Source: Antedon mediterranea (lineage: Eukaryota; Animalia; Echinodermata). Taken from it: a stretch of 64,000 nt of DNA. The stretch covers positions 25,654,795 to 25,718,794 of the forward strand of contig NC_092670.1 of assembly GCF_964355755.1 (NCBI RefSeq), given 5' to 3'. The position numbers were made by a program, and so were the translations under genes. The notes below the pieces were generated by a model that ran no database searches, was not told the origin of the DNA, and saw only the letters and a program-made list of their open reading frames with translations. Shown piece by piece: positions 50,601-62,906 of the stretch. Each line of letters starts with the position of its first letter. Position 1 is the first letter of the stretch.

Positions 50601-53600
50601 CGACCCATTGCAAAACAGTATTCCATCTTTAACCTCTAGATGAACCATGGAAAACATTGAGAAAGCTGTTTTATCGCCATTCGTCTTGATAACGTCATTG
50701 CTTTCCGTTAAGGTGTCGGCAGGGCCTGTCACAGACGCCAGCGTTGAGGTTATTAACGAGGAATGTTGTGACGTAAAATACTCTCCTTTTTAGAATAAAA
50801 AATAATTGTCATGGATAGGTTATTCTAAACAATTTACTAACTTTGACGTTACATACAGAGATTATCAAGGTGCTTGTTTGCGTTGCAATTTTGTAAAATT
50901 ACAAGGTCACATTTCACAAGAGTATGGGTCTAACTATTTAAAAGGTACAATGTTCTAGTACTTGCAAGGATTTAATCTCACTACAACGGTCAGTTTTACA
51001 ACTTACTGCACAAGGACACGTTTTCGCAGCCAGAGTAGAAATCTTGGTCAATAACAATTATATCATAGAATTCTAATCTTGATGTCAGACGAATCCATGA
51101 ACAGTCACAATGACCGCTGTTTGCCCCTATTGATCTATGAGTAAATCAGTTATTTATCATTATTAGCGTTATGTACGCCATTATTATTACTGCATGCTGC
51201 TAAGGGGTTGGAATTATAGTTTAATGCAATTGCATATTGCATTCTAGTTGAATCTTATCGGAATTACATTAATGTTCTAATGAATCTAATTGATATGAAA
51301 GCCAATTTCAACTTACACTCTTTTCAAATTGGGTAGAGTCTCAACTGTATCTCCTTCAATATACCGAATCCTGTTATTGTGTATATATCTAGTATTATTA
51401 AATATCAATAAATAATTTTACTTAGAAAAAGTAAATTAAAAACGTATTTTACAGGTGCTTCCGTCCGTCGCGCTCCTGAAAATAAAATCGAACCTCAATG
51501 TTTCGTTTTCACAACGCTCAACATGGCTATGCGTCAATCGATATTGCGTTCGTATCCGGACACCTACCCCCTGGACAATTACCACCCGGACAAATACCAA
51601 ATGAATAACAACCCCCCAACCCCCCAACCCCCCATAGGACAACTACCACCTGGACAACTACCCCATAGGACAACTACCCCCTAGGGCAATTTTCCCCTAG
51701 GACAATGACCCCCTATGACAATTACCTCATACGACAACCACCTCATACGACAACCCCTAGGACAACTACCCTCTAGGATGTTACCCCTAGAAAAATTACT
51801 TCACTACTATATATATATAGGATAACTATAATTTTCATATGACGTGATATCATTTTATGTTAATTTTTTCGCCTTTTCAAGCTAAAGCTATTTGTACAAA
51901 CTCTGTCCAATCTTAAGCGTAAAAAGTCCTTTTATACTAGCAACTACTGGAAACAATTGTATCCTATCTTTTACTTGTTCAACACATTTCGAATATTTTA
52001 CTCTGTTTAAGGTATGTACGATAACGCTCCAAATTAACTTTAACAATAATAAAATCTTTAGAAATAAAAAGGGTGGAATTGAAATGTTGTTCTTTGTATG
52101 GATTTTACAATAGTTTACTGTTAAGTCCAGTAATTTGAATAGCCCAGCAGCCAAATGCATATTTCTTCCATTTTTAATGGATTCTCGATACCATCAGAAT
52201 GAAGAATATTTTTACAGGACGGCTGTCACCATTGACCAATTTGTATAATTAGCAAAAACAAAATGGCCGCTATTTTCATACAAACATGCATCTCTGGAAT
52301 ATTATATATAATATAGACCTATACCTTGGGAACAATTTGCACCTAGTTTTAATTCTCTCCGACTGGTCAATTTTACAAACAAAATTAATTTGATACCAAA
52401 ATTAACTCAATTAATGTCTAGAAATTCCTCAGATATAGCATGTTTGTATGAAAATAGCGTCCATTTTGTTTATGCTAATTACGAAAATTATATATACTAG
52501 AAAGTGTAGACGATGTTTCTCGGAATGATAATGACTCGGATAAAAAGGTTTTAGAAGGACATTCTGGCTTGGACGTTTTCGGTTGGTTACCGTTATTGAA
52601 ATGCTTGATATTCCTAAAACTAAACCTACTGTCTTAGATGATTAATAGCGTTTTACGTATAGGCCCTAATGTTTATTGTTTGGTAGGGCCCTTATAGTGT
52701 GGATGTGGGGAGGCGGAGTTAATTTGAGGGAGGTGCTTATTCGAGGGATACGTTATTTTTTTTAGTTTTAATAATATGGTACATTTACAAATAAAATCCT
52801 TTAGTAGATATAAAAAGTGGTAAAAAAGAATAACAAATGCTTGGTAAATTGTAGATAACAGTCTGATGAAATCTACTAAAAATAGTATAATTGTATAAAA
52901 ATGGGGTTTCCGGTCAATTTTACAAAAAAAAAGCTGTTAGAGCTAATATAAACATATGCATTGTGAACAATTTGATACAAAAATTAACTCAATTAATGTC
53001 TAGAAATTCCTGAGATATAGCATGTTTGGATAAAATAGCGGCCATTTTGTTTATCCTCAACAGTGCTGATCGACAGTAAAAAAATCGAGAATCAAAATCT
53101 ATAAAAAACTATAGAAAACGTTGCAAGGTTATTGGCTGCCGGACTAGAATATTGGTTTGGCTGTAAACACTTAAAGGGACTTTACAATGAATGTTAGTGA
53201 TTGGAAATCTGACAACCCCATGGAAGGATGGTCGGAGAACGTTGAACGAACCCGACGAACGGAATGATTCCGCTGTATATCGTGAGGTGTAGTAGTCTAT
53301 GGGTGGTTGTCATAGGGGTAGTTGTCCTTGGGGGATAGTTGTCCTAGAAGATAGTTGTCATGTCCAGGAGGGTAGTTGTCCTAGGCCCCAAACAGGAACG
53401 CCTATGGCCTGACACTTAAACAATGTGTATTTGTGTTCGTATCAAGTACTGAAAGTAAATTAGTGTACTTGTTTATAATTATACTACAGTACTACATTAT
53501 TTAAGTGCGATTAGCCCTCTCATGCCACGTTCTATTTTAATGTTGGTTAGTGTCGATTTAATAAAATATATAATTATTTAAAACTCTTTGACATCGCAAT

Positions 53601-54709
53601 AATAAATACAAGTTTTTTTTTTATTTAAATTATTTTGTATTATTTTAGACTACAGAATTTAATTTTTCTCAAATCTTGACTATATTTTGTAAAAAACTAG
53701 TGCGTTGTTGTTGTTCGTTCACTTACTCAGATCAAATACTTACAATGTCTTTAGTTCGTTTAAACCAAGAAATGCGTCATTCATCAATACTTTCAAATAG
53801 TTGTGCGACAAATTTCTGAAAGTAATTGTATACATTTTTAATAATTGTTACGTTCCGCAATACAACTTGGGTGGTTTATCTGGAAAAACCTTTGTTTAAA
53901 CGCAATGAAATCATATCTGTTAATCTTATTCACTGAGAGTTGTAGGCATAAACCTCTTCTCCTTAACAAACGATTTAATTGTAATTAATTTATATTCTAT
54001 CTTTCTAATCTACGCATAAAATATTGTAGCATTGAAAAAGAGTATACTTCTTTACATCCAAATTAATCAATCATACTCATCAAACTCATTAGACACAGTT
54101 TAGAAAAATGCCTAGGCCTACTTTTTTAATCTACTCTGTTACTCACAATGTTGTTAATTGAGTCATTTGTTGAAATATACCTCCAAAAATACTTTTTATG
54201 TTGTTGTATGACAGATTTCTGAAACCAAGTAAATGAATGACGAGAACAAATTGCTATTAAAGCGTATAATTAAACTAGGAAATCAGGAAGAAGATTCTAT
54301 ATCATGTATCTTTATTTGTGACTGAAAGGCTGAATTGCTACAATAAAATTACAATATTAAATATAAAAATGACATCAAAAGTTAAAATTTATGTATAAGA
54401 AGACCATCGAAAATTACAACATTAAAAATACAATATAATAATATAAAACTGACATCAAATTTAAACATAAAAATAATAATAGATAATTGATATAAAAAAA
54501 ACTATGTATAAGGGAAGTCCCTGCTACGTATATAAAATGAAATGAGAATACAGAAAACAATTGTATAAACCGGCGTTAAATCTGGATAGAAAAAATACAT
54601 GACCTAGAAAGTAAGGGTAAGGATATGTCATACTTACAAAAATCTTAAATTAACAAGGCCATCAAAAACATTGTCTTGAAAGAATTCTATTCCATTGTTA
54701 CTAATGTTG
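38690..54709 (-). CDS. Leucine-rich-repeat single-pass membrane protein, 5' end unresolved; exons 54709-54638, 54218-54147, 53815-53744, 51388-51317, 51134-51007, 50785-50413, 50226-50091, ~40857-40774, 39013-38690
   Basis: Four 72-nt phase-2 GT-AG exons, each one LRR (NISNNGIEFFQDNVFDGLVNLRFL; NLSYNNIKSIFGGIFQQMTQLTTL; NLSHNYLKVLMNDAFLGLNELKTL; YIHNNRIRYIEGDTVETLPNLKRV), LRR-CT-like SIGANSGHCDCSW, Ser/Thr-rich stalk, TM IIVAASIPIIAFIAIYFTL, charged tail. The TM-to-tail junction is uncertain. Confidence 0.75.
39372..39502. mobile_element. Short MITE related to 56077-56619
   Basis: ttaaaatatatattgtccc ... gggaacaatatatcttta. Confidence 0.5.
39574..40175. mobile_element. Harbinger-like MITE
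   Basis: TIR tggctgtattcaccaatcccactta / taagtgcgattggtgaatacggcca. Confidence 0.75.
41150..41690 (+). mobile_element. Degraded L1/Tx1-clade LINE reverse-transcriptase fragment
   Basis: KNWRPITLPNIDYKIMANVIANRLK at ~41274-41348; further decayed RT downstream. Confidence 0.8.
41719..42190 (-). mobile_element. 3' half of the Helentron-like (HINE/DINE-like) element
   Basis: Reverse complement of ~57730-58213, including the (CAGA)n tract and aacaaggccaacagccat end. Confidence 0.85.
44880..45680. mobile_element. L1/Tx1 ORF2 C-terminal remnants (one segment inverted)
   Basis: Plus strand AQFNFKLLHRILCC...KLWKIYDSDIC...EDERHMLINC (decayed zinc knuckle) at ~45250-45400; minus strand NQNWIDSGMTQICDI at ~45035-45080. 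Confidence 0.65.
45758..46435 (-). mobile_element. Internally deleted Penelope-like copy with pLTR
   Basis: Thumb-like RICS..F.NRTEELTENL...KAKDIPRCQTLTYKPRQ joined directly to the endonuclease C-terminus (RKDKENHW) and pLTR; the pLTR end abuts (TA)n. Confidence 0.85.
45883..45919 (-). ncRNA. Minimal hammerhead ribozyme (CUGACGA core)
   Basis: GCA-CUGACGA-A-GGGC-uaguguu-GCCC-GAAA-GC-UC-UGC; variation only at the free N7 position. Confidence 0.82.
48120..48900 (+). mobile_element. Older, rearranged tandem copies of the 366-bp tRNA-containing element, with an inserted palindromic MITE (~48255-48367)
   Basis: actagtgctgttccgccgtac, tctcggttggggcg, cagatttcctc, gtatctcttcggagatcc are reverse complements of 62400-63100; ttcgtacataagttggggaccc/gggtccccaacttatgtacgaa inverted repeat, one arm also at ~63690. 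Confidence 0.8.
49012..49082 (-). other. tRNA-derived SINE head or tRNA pseudogene
   Basis: gggtctgTGGTCTAGTGG (A box) ... GGTTCGAATCC (B box); acceptor and anticodon stems pair poorly. Confidence 0.65.
51555..53385. mobile_element. Foldback-type element with ~18-bp ggacaactaccccta subrepeats in inverted arms, within an LRR-gene intron
   Basis: ggacaactaccccc arrays at 51555-51790 mirrored by ggtagttgtcc arrays at 53300-53385; internal palindrome ~52250-52480. Confidence 0.7.
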
Positions 54710-56076
54710 CTGAAAAGATAGAAAAGCCAATCAGCATTCGTTACTGCTAACGACTAGCTACGACTTATACAATTCTATTTGTTATTAAAATCTAACTTGT
54801 TAAAATGAATAATTTCATACAAACTAGCCGATTCCATCGACACAATCATTCAGTGCAACCATCATGTAAACTATATTATTTTTGATCACCATTGTTTCAA
54901 TGTTTTTTACAAATACTGTAAACACACATTGACCTATTGGAAATATAGAGGCATCCCAACACCTTTACCAATTATCGGAAATGGATTATATGATTTTTTA
55001 GAAACGAATTTCATCAAAGCTAAAATATGGATCGATCGTTGGTATACATAATAGACGAGAACCGCAGTCGATGATTTGGAAACACTACAACATAAATACT
55101 TTATTAACATTCATGATCATACAGTATAATGTTGAGAATTTCAAACCATTAAATAAAGGAATGATTCAGTTGAAAGGACAGGAATGGAAGGATGTTCGTA
55201 AATAAACGTTCAGTAAGTAAACTGAAGTTAATGTTACACACAAAAAAATACAAGAAACCATCAGAAAGAGTAGAAGTAAAAAAAAAGAAGTAGGCCTAAA
55301 CGTTAAAGAACTGTATGGTTATGTGTTTGATGATAGATATTGTAGTTACATCTGTAGATATAGATGCTATGGACACTCCAGAGTGCCTCTTCATTAAACA
55401 CATAAAAACGTTTCTAAAATTCGGGCGTATTTCCAACATGAAGTCTTCCGTTGAGTTCTATGTGTTCGCGTGTTTTTTTTAAAGCACCAGTACATTTTTT
55501 GTTAACGTCTCGGAACAAATTATTGCAACAAGAAAAGTAAACCCTAATATAGAGAAAGAAACACATCACAATGAACAAAGAATCATAGTAACAACTGCTA
55601 ATTCAATTCAATCCAATGCAATGAATTCGGGCAGGTTATTCTGAGGTCCGGTTTTGAAATTGCATTTGAGTCTATATGATTTCATATAAGAATAATACAA
55701 TAATAATGTTAGGTTTACGCGGTACACCAGTAGTTTATAAAAAATGAAATAAACCAAGAATTAAGAATGTTTTAAAGATAATTTTTGCGCATGAGTACGT
55801 AAACATTAATTTAACGCTATTTCCCAAAATTCAAGTTCCACCCACTTTGTAAACAAATTATTCTGCGATGCGTAAGTATTACGCAAAATCTTAGTAAGGA
55901 GCTTTTATTCGAGCACGTAAACGTTTACTTTAATGGATGACGTCAACATTCTACTGATTTGCATAGTAGTTCAGCAAACAGTTGCGTTAACGGGAACGCA
56001 AAGCGCTCGCATAATTAATTACATATTGCAATGAACAATTTTTAATAAAAATCAAAAATGTTTGATTTGGACTAAT

Positions 56077-56619
56077 TTAAAGATGTATTGTCCCTTGAAA
56101 CACAAAAAAAGAAGGTCAAAATATTCTAAATTTAAATTGGCCATATCAAAGTAATATTAAAGTTATTCACCTTGAGTCGAAAATTCGAGCCAAAAACAAC
56201 AATTTTACGTAATTAACAGCTAAATTAATTTGATTACATTTCGTCTGGATAATCGTCCCGAGCGAAAGTAAACAAATATTTCAAACCATGAGTATACATT
56301 ATGCATGATGCTAATTAGGATTGTTTACAACTCGTCACAGATGAGAAGGTGTTGTTACACAGATCGCGAGGAAGTTTTATGATTATGCATACAGAGTAGC
56401 CAAATAAGCGCGTTTCATTATGAGATATGTTTTGATAGAAAACTTTGACTGGAAGTCAAAGTTATTTTTTGATCCAAAAAACGTCTGTATTTCAGTTAAA
56501 TTATTTTTATTTCGACTCATTTTTGGTGAAAATTAATAATAAGATACTTCAAAATGACTCATTTTTTTTTTTTTTTTTTTTTTTTTTTGGAATTTGACAA
56601 AGGGACAATACATATTTAA
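56077..56619. mobile_element. TTAA-flanked MITE (Kolobok-like termini)
   Basis: ttaa-agatgtattgtccct ... agggacaatacatat-ttaa; similar terminus ttaaagatgtcttgtccc at ~13072. Confidence 0.75.
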
Positions 56620-56843
56620 ACAAACGCAATTTGTGTTTTGTATGTATTAGGGTTGAGGGATGAGGAAGAGGATGGGTGCAATGAGGAACGATTTCTAAAT
56701 ATATTCTTTATCCAATCAGTAACAAAATATTTTTTCATGTTTTATAGGCCTACAAATAATATACCAATAATACAGTAGAACATTTGTGATTTAATACGTT
56801 GTGTTAAAACTTTCACGGTCATAGTCAATTGATAAAGTAAAGT

Positions 56844-58746
56844 ATAGAACGCCTCCTCTGCCTTCTATCATGCAGTACACACCAATCGTCATGCAGTACA
56901 CACCAATCGTCATGCAGTACACACCGATGGTCATGCAGTACACACCAATCGTCATGCAGTCACCAATCGTCATGCATTGCACACCAAACGTCATGCAGTA
57001 CACACCAATTGTCATGCAGTACACACCAATCATCATGCAGTACACACCAAACATCATGCAGCACACACCAATGGTCATGTATTCGTGCATGCAGTACACA
57101 CCAATGGTCATGCAGTACACACCAATCGTCATTCAGTACACACCAAACATCATGCAGTACACACCAATGGTCATGCAGTCGTGCATGCAGTACACACCAC
57201 CAATGGTCATGCAGTACACACCAAAATATTGCGTAATTTATACTGCCACCTATCGACAAAATCGAATATCACGTGACGTTTATTAGACGGCTGAGTAAAA
57301 CTAAGGACATCGACTTTTCTTTATCTTTTATGCTTGACATACTGTACTTATTTTAACCGCTACACATCTCTGTAAATGCTCTGTTTTTTAGTCGCGTGGA
57401 AGCGACTCTATAGTTCACTATGTCGGTCGGTCGGTCTGTCTGTCTGTCTGTCGGTCTGTCTGTCGGTCTGTCTGTCTGTCGGTCCGGTATCACTATGCGT
57501 TTTATCGCTTTCTGACCTTATCTTGATATCAGTTTAATCTAGCTAGGTCAATTTTTCACAGTATATTCCTTATGGCCAGGAATCAATGTGGTTATGTTTT
57601 CACGGTGCGCAATAAAAAATTACGCGGTCTACGCACGATTTAACGAAATCACGTTTGTAATCATATCTTCACAACCATGAATCACAATTAAATAAAATTT
57701 GGTACTCATAAATTTCAGGGCATAAATCATCATATGGCAATACAATTACGTGCGTAGCGCATGTAACGCATGCGTACGCGCGCTTAACATTTTCAAAATT
57801 TATTTTCGATGAAATAAGAGTACATTTCAGGCAATTTTAAGCGTTTACAAAATTGCCATGAGTGCGCATATTTTTGCGCGCGCACTGCGCGTTAAATGTT
57901 ATTGCGCACTCTTTTTGCCCGATTTCTGTTTTCTTGACTTACTTTTCAACTCGAAATTACGTTATACGAGCACGTCGAAAGTGACAGGCTACGCACGTGT
58001 AAATTAAAAAAAAATAAATGTTTTTAAACATTTCAACATTTTTAAACATGTTCAGTAATTTCGGTCAGTATAGTTCACTATGTCGGTCGGTCGGTCTCTC
58101 TGTCTGTCTGTCTGTCTGTCAGTCTGTCGGTCTGTCTGTCGGTCTGTTGGTCTGTCTGTCGGTCCGGTATCACTATGCATTGTAGCACGCGACTTAATGG
58201 CTGTTGGCCTTGTTATATATACAATTAATTTATTATGCGAGACACCGGCGCGGCTGGGAGGCCATTGCAATTATTGAATTCCATAAAAGAAGTTTAAATA
58301 GTCTTAGTTTTACAGCCGTCTAATAAACGTCACGTGATATTCAATTTTGTCGATAGGTGGCGGTATAAATTACGCAATATTTCACTGCATGACGATTGGT
58401 GTGTACAGCATGACGATTGGTGTGTACTGCATGACGATATGTGTGTACTGCATGACCATTGGTGTGCACTGCATGACGATTGGTGTGTACTGCATGACGA
58501 TTGGTATGTACTGCATGATGTTTGGTGTGTACTGCATGACGATTGGTGTGTACTGCATGACGATTGGTGTGTAGCCTACTACATGATGCTTGGTGTGTAC
58601 TGCATGACGATTGGTGTGTACTGCATGATGTTTGGTGTGTACTGCCTGACGATTGGTGTGTACTGCATGACGATTGGTGTGTACTGCATGACGATTGGTG
58701 TGTACTGCATGATAAATATGAACTGAAGGCACAGGAGGCGTTCCAT
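56844..58746. mobile_element. Foldback element with ~450-bp inverted arms made of a 21-bp minisatellite
   Basis: Outer ends gaacgcctcctctgccttc / gaaggcacaggaggcgttc; arms of gtcatgcagtacacaccaatc (56866-57222) and its reverse complement (58384-58712); inner ~80-bp inverted repeat 57225-57304 / 58303-58381. Confidence 0.88.
57385..58213 (+). mobile_element. Full-length non-autonomous Helentron-like (HINE/DINE-like) element nested in the foldback spacer
   Basis: 5' ttttt-agtcgcgtg subTIR, (CTGT/CGGT)n microsatellite in two direct-repeat blocks, 3' cacgcgact subTIR followed by ggctgttggcc hairpin and tt; no TSD. Confidence 0.8.
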
Positions 58747-58789
58747 AGTACACACCAATCGTCATGGAGTACACACCAATCGTCATGCA

Positions 58790-61385
58790 TTTACATTTAT
58801 TCCACATTTATTTAGTCATCAATTACAGTACATCATAATTACAGTACAACTGAGAACAGGGATCCTGCATAAAAAAGCTGTAGCTTCGTTTTTTTGTAGG
58901 ACCCTTTTACATAAGAACAAGTATATAGAACTTAAATAAACAAAGGTGTTGTTAATCAGCATATAGTGATAAAAAGTATTTTTTAACCTGTTTTTTTATA
59001 CATTTATTTTGTTTCTTTAAGATAACTGGTTTATTACCACCATTACAAGTGAATTCTTTCCACAATTTTGGTCCATATATGTGTATAAACTGTTGACTGC
59101 AAGTTAGTCTTGTGAAGGGAATTTTGAATTCAGTTTCTGTTCTGAGGTTATGAGTAGGCCTAATACTGTAACAGTAATTAAAAATATTTAAAATGTGATG
59201 TGGTAATTCATTGAATTTTACGTTTGCCATAAATCCTATGACGTTTACTTTGTAAATATCATAAACGTTTAATATTTTTAGTTTCTTAAACAGTGGCTCT
59301 GAGGCTTGTCTGGATTTAGAGAAGGTAATGCATTTTACAGCTCTCTTTTGGAGTTTTAGTATTACTTCTAACGTGCTCTTGTATGTATTTCCCCATATTA
59401 AGTTACCATACTGAAGGTGAGGTAATACTAAGGTGTTATAAAGACTAATACGGACTTTATGAGGAAAGAATTCTCTTACTTTTAAAAGTATACCAATTGC
59501 CCTAGACATTTTTTTCCTAATAAGCTGTATGTGATGTTTCCAGTTAAGATTTTCGTTTAAAATTACACCTAGAAATGTCACATTTTCTTTTCTATGTAAT
59601 AACACATTATTCATTTTTATTTTAAACTGGTTTTTGTCAAAGTTCTTTTGGCTAGTTCTAAAAACAACGTAATTAGTTTTGCTGACATTCAGTAACAGCT
59701 TATTTGCTTTAAGCCATACGTTTATTTTTTCTAGTTCAATATTCATAGTATGGTTTAACATTGTAGGGTCATCTCCCCTTGTTATACAAGTTGTGTCGTC
59801 AGCAAAACTAATTATATCTATTTTACTACTTGCTCGACTTATATCATTGATGTAAATTAAAAACAAAAGTGGTCCTAAAACAGAACCCTGTGGCACCCCT
59901 ATATTGGTGTCTTTTAAACATGATGATCTACCGTTGGCATAAACATATTGTTTGCGGCCACTTAAATAGTTTCTAAACCACATTAAAACGATGCCTCTTA
60001 TACCATAATGCGCCAATTTGCTCAACAGAATACTGTGATCGATAATGTCAAACGCTTTTGACAAATCCATAAAGGTAGTAAGTGCATATTCCTTTTTTTC
60101 AAATGCATTTAATATTTTATGGACCAAGTCGATCATAGCATGAGAAGTTGAGTGTTTGTTTCTAAATCCATATTGATTGTTGCTTAACACTTTACATTTT
60201 GTAAGATAATTGTATAATTGATTATGGATAATCTTTTCAAAAACTTTCTAAAAAATGGGCAACAGCGATATGGGACGATAGTTTGAGGCCAAATGGCGGT
60301 CCCCTTTTTTATGTATGGGAACTACTTTGGAAATTTTCAATTTCCCTGGTATTAGTCCAGTTTGAAGTGATAAATTAAAAATATATGTCAGCGGCTTTAA
60401 AATATTGTATTTTACTTCCTTTACAACTTTTGCTGAAATGTCATCAAATCCGGGAGCTTTGTTTGAATCGAGAGATTCAATAACTTTTAGTACCTCCTCC
60501 TCATCAACATAGCAAAAAAACATTGAGTTGCGTTGTTTGTTTGTGAGGTATTCAGAATATTTTGTCGTAGTAGACTCAATATTGTCTCGAACCTTACAAC
60601 CTACATTAATAAAATAATCATTAATATGATTTACAACATTTTCGCAACCATGTATAGTTTCATTGCTATGTGTAAAAGAAGATGGAACTTTAGTTTTTCC
60701 TTTATTCGGATCAATTACATCATTTATAACATTCCATGTTTTTTTAATATTACCATTTGTTCGATTGAAAAGATTTTCATATTACATCTTTTTGGCGATT
60801 TTGCACGTGCGTGCAAAAGCTTTTTTAAATTCTTTATACGTATTTTTGTTTTTTACAGTAGGGTGTTTTATGAACCTTTTATACAGTACATGCTTTCTTT
60901 TACTTGACCTTAGTAACCCAAAACTCATCCAGGGCTGCTTGAATTTGTCATACTGTTTTGATGACTTTACAGTTTTTTAAGGTGTTTGTTATATAGAAAC
61001 TTAAAATTATCCAGAAAATCATTATAAGCGATTTCTGGATCAGTCGCTTCATATACTCCAAGCCACTCTGCACTTAATAAATCACTATTTTTAGTTTCAT
61101 AATATTTCTATTGTTAACTATATACGTGTCACATGAGACTGAGGTGCCTTTATTCATGTGCGTGTTTACGTGGGAAGACGAAGCAGAGTGAGTTATTTGA
61201 TATACTGGTAAATGGTCGGAAATGTCCGAGATTAGTATACCAGATAGAACTTTTTCGGAAATTGTATTTGAAAATATGTTGTCAATTAGTGTTACTGACT
61301 GATCTTGTATTCTAGTTGGTCTAGATATAGATGGATAAAACGAGTGAGACATCATTATTTCAATAATTTCAAATATATTGCGCAG
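58790..61385 (-). mobile_element. 5'-truncated CR1/L2-group LINE: APE endonuclease end, RT, 3' tail
   Basis: PTRI..SVTLIDNIF..SDISDHLP (endonuclease), KAPGFDDIS..NYRPISLLP, QYGFR, DLSKAFD, GVPQGSVLGPLLFLIYIND, FADD; ORF2 broken by stops/frameshifts; aataaatg-type tail near 58790-58815. Confidence 0.93.
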
Positions 61386-61408
61386 AGCCATATATATAAA
61401 GAGTTACC

Positions 61409-61558
61409 GCCCGTATTCTTAAACCGGACTTTAGTCGTAGTTCGAAGTTCGACTTGAAAAAGTCGTAGTTCGAGCTATTACTTCAAATTCGATTCAAAAA
61501 CGAAGTAGTCGAAGTTTGCAGTTCGACTTAATGAAGTCGAGCTTTTAGTCGAGTTGCA
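61409..61558 (+). mobile_element. Harbinger-like MITE end, near-identical to 63851-64000
   Basis: gcccgtattcttaaaccggactttagtcgtagttcgaag... is present at both sites; inverse end gatttaagaatacgggc at ~49645-49661 and a similar left end at ~46950-46990. Confidence 0.75.
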
Positions 61559-62468
61559 CACGTCTGGGTAACAAAGGCTAAACATTGGCCAATGACAAGA
61601 GAGTATTTGAGGAGCAGACGAAATTTTGCGCATTGATATCACTTTCCATTTTCTTACAAAACTTTTTACGCATTAAGACTATATACATGAAAAATAATTT
61701 TGTTGACACGCTGACTGCTAAATTTCAGTTATTTAGGCAGTATCGAGCCGTTCCTTTTAAGAATACTCATATTCCAATAATCCAAAAAGATTGAAATTGG
61801 CAAGGGTTTTCCAAGAAGTGGTATTCCACTTGGTTTGGAGAAACGGCAGTAATCAAGAAGTGGATATTGCAAATTTTCAGATAAGAAGAATCTAATTACT
61901 ACAATGCAAAATTAATTAATTAGTTTGGAAGATTTTTCTTATTCTAATTTGACTAATTGTACAGTATGTGTTGACTAAAATTTACTTACAGAATAATTAG
62001 CTGCCATAAGCCTTGGAAACTTTCCGCAAGTAAAACAGATAAGTGGTTGTGAGAAAGATCCCTATACAAAAATAATATTTATACCATAAATAAAACTTAT
62101 TTTCTTCACTGATTCATTCATTATCGTTAGTTAGGTTTAAGTACAAAATAATTTTTTTTCCTGATGTCAGAAAATATATAATGTAACTGAAAAATAAATA
62201 ATTTTGAGTTTATAATCATTTAATATCAAATTATTATTTATTATTTACTGATTACTGATTACAGATTACTATTACTATCATTGTCATTGTCAAATATCTA
62301 TTTGATCTGCATATCACGTGACTTTAATCCCATGTCGTAACTCTATATATATATATATATATATATAGGCAAAGAACATCAATTCCAAACCGCCCGGCGA
62401 CATACCGAAACTTAATTAATTAATTTTAAACGATAAAGATGAGGAAATCTGTGAGAATGAGAAAAAGT

Positions 62469-62540
62469 CGCCCCAACCGAGACTCGAACTCGGACCGTCT
62501 GCTTGATATGCAGTTGCCCTAACCATTAGACCACTGGGGC
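62469..62540 (-). tRNA. tRNA-like cloverleaf, anticodon ATC, repeat-borne (functionality unknown)
   Basis: GCCCCAG-TG-GTCT-AATGGTTA-GGGC-A-ACTGC-ATATCAA-GCAGA-CGGT-CCGAG-TTCGAGT-CTCGG-TTGGGGC-G, followed by acTTTTT. Confidence 0.65.
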
Positions 62541-62834
62541 TTTCATGGTATTGTTCAAACTCGATTGGATAGCGACTCTTTAACATTCTCGGCGTGGTAT
62601 ACGGCGGAACAGCACTAGTCCTCAGTTGTACACACGCGCAACAGAGATCAAATTGATACGCCCTCATCTTACAGTATTTTTATTCACGAGGCGGGATCTC
62701 CGAAGAGATACTTTTATATATATAAACACAGTAGGCAAAGAACATCAATTCCAAACCACCCGGCGACATACCGAAACTTAATTAGTTAATTTGAAACGAT
62801 AAAGATGAGGAAATCTGTGAGAATGAGAAAAAGT

Positions 62835-62906
62835 CGCCCCAACCGAGACTCGAACTCGGACCGTCTGCTTGATATGCAGTTGCCCTAACCATTAGACCAC
62901 TGGGGC
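62835..62906 (-). tRNA. Second identical tRNA-like cloverleaf, anticodon ATC
   Basis: Same 72-nt sequence and T5 terminator as 62469-62540. Confidence 0.65.

Noticed and set aside
55277-55560. Candidate signal-peptide / LRR-NT exons for the LRR gene
   Set aside because: No frame with convincing splice sites and LRR-NT cysteines could be established.
56791-58815. Many overlapping ORFs with MTIGVYC / HDDWCVL / HAVHTN repeats
   Set aside because: Translations of a 21-bp (7-codon) minisatellite open in several frames; no splice or start context.
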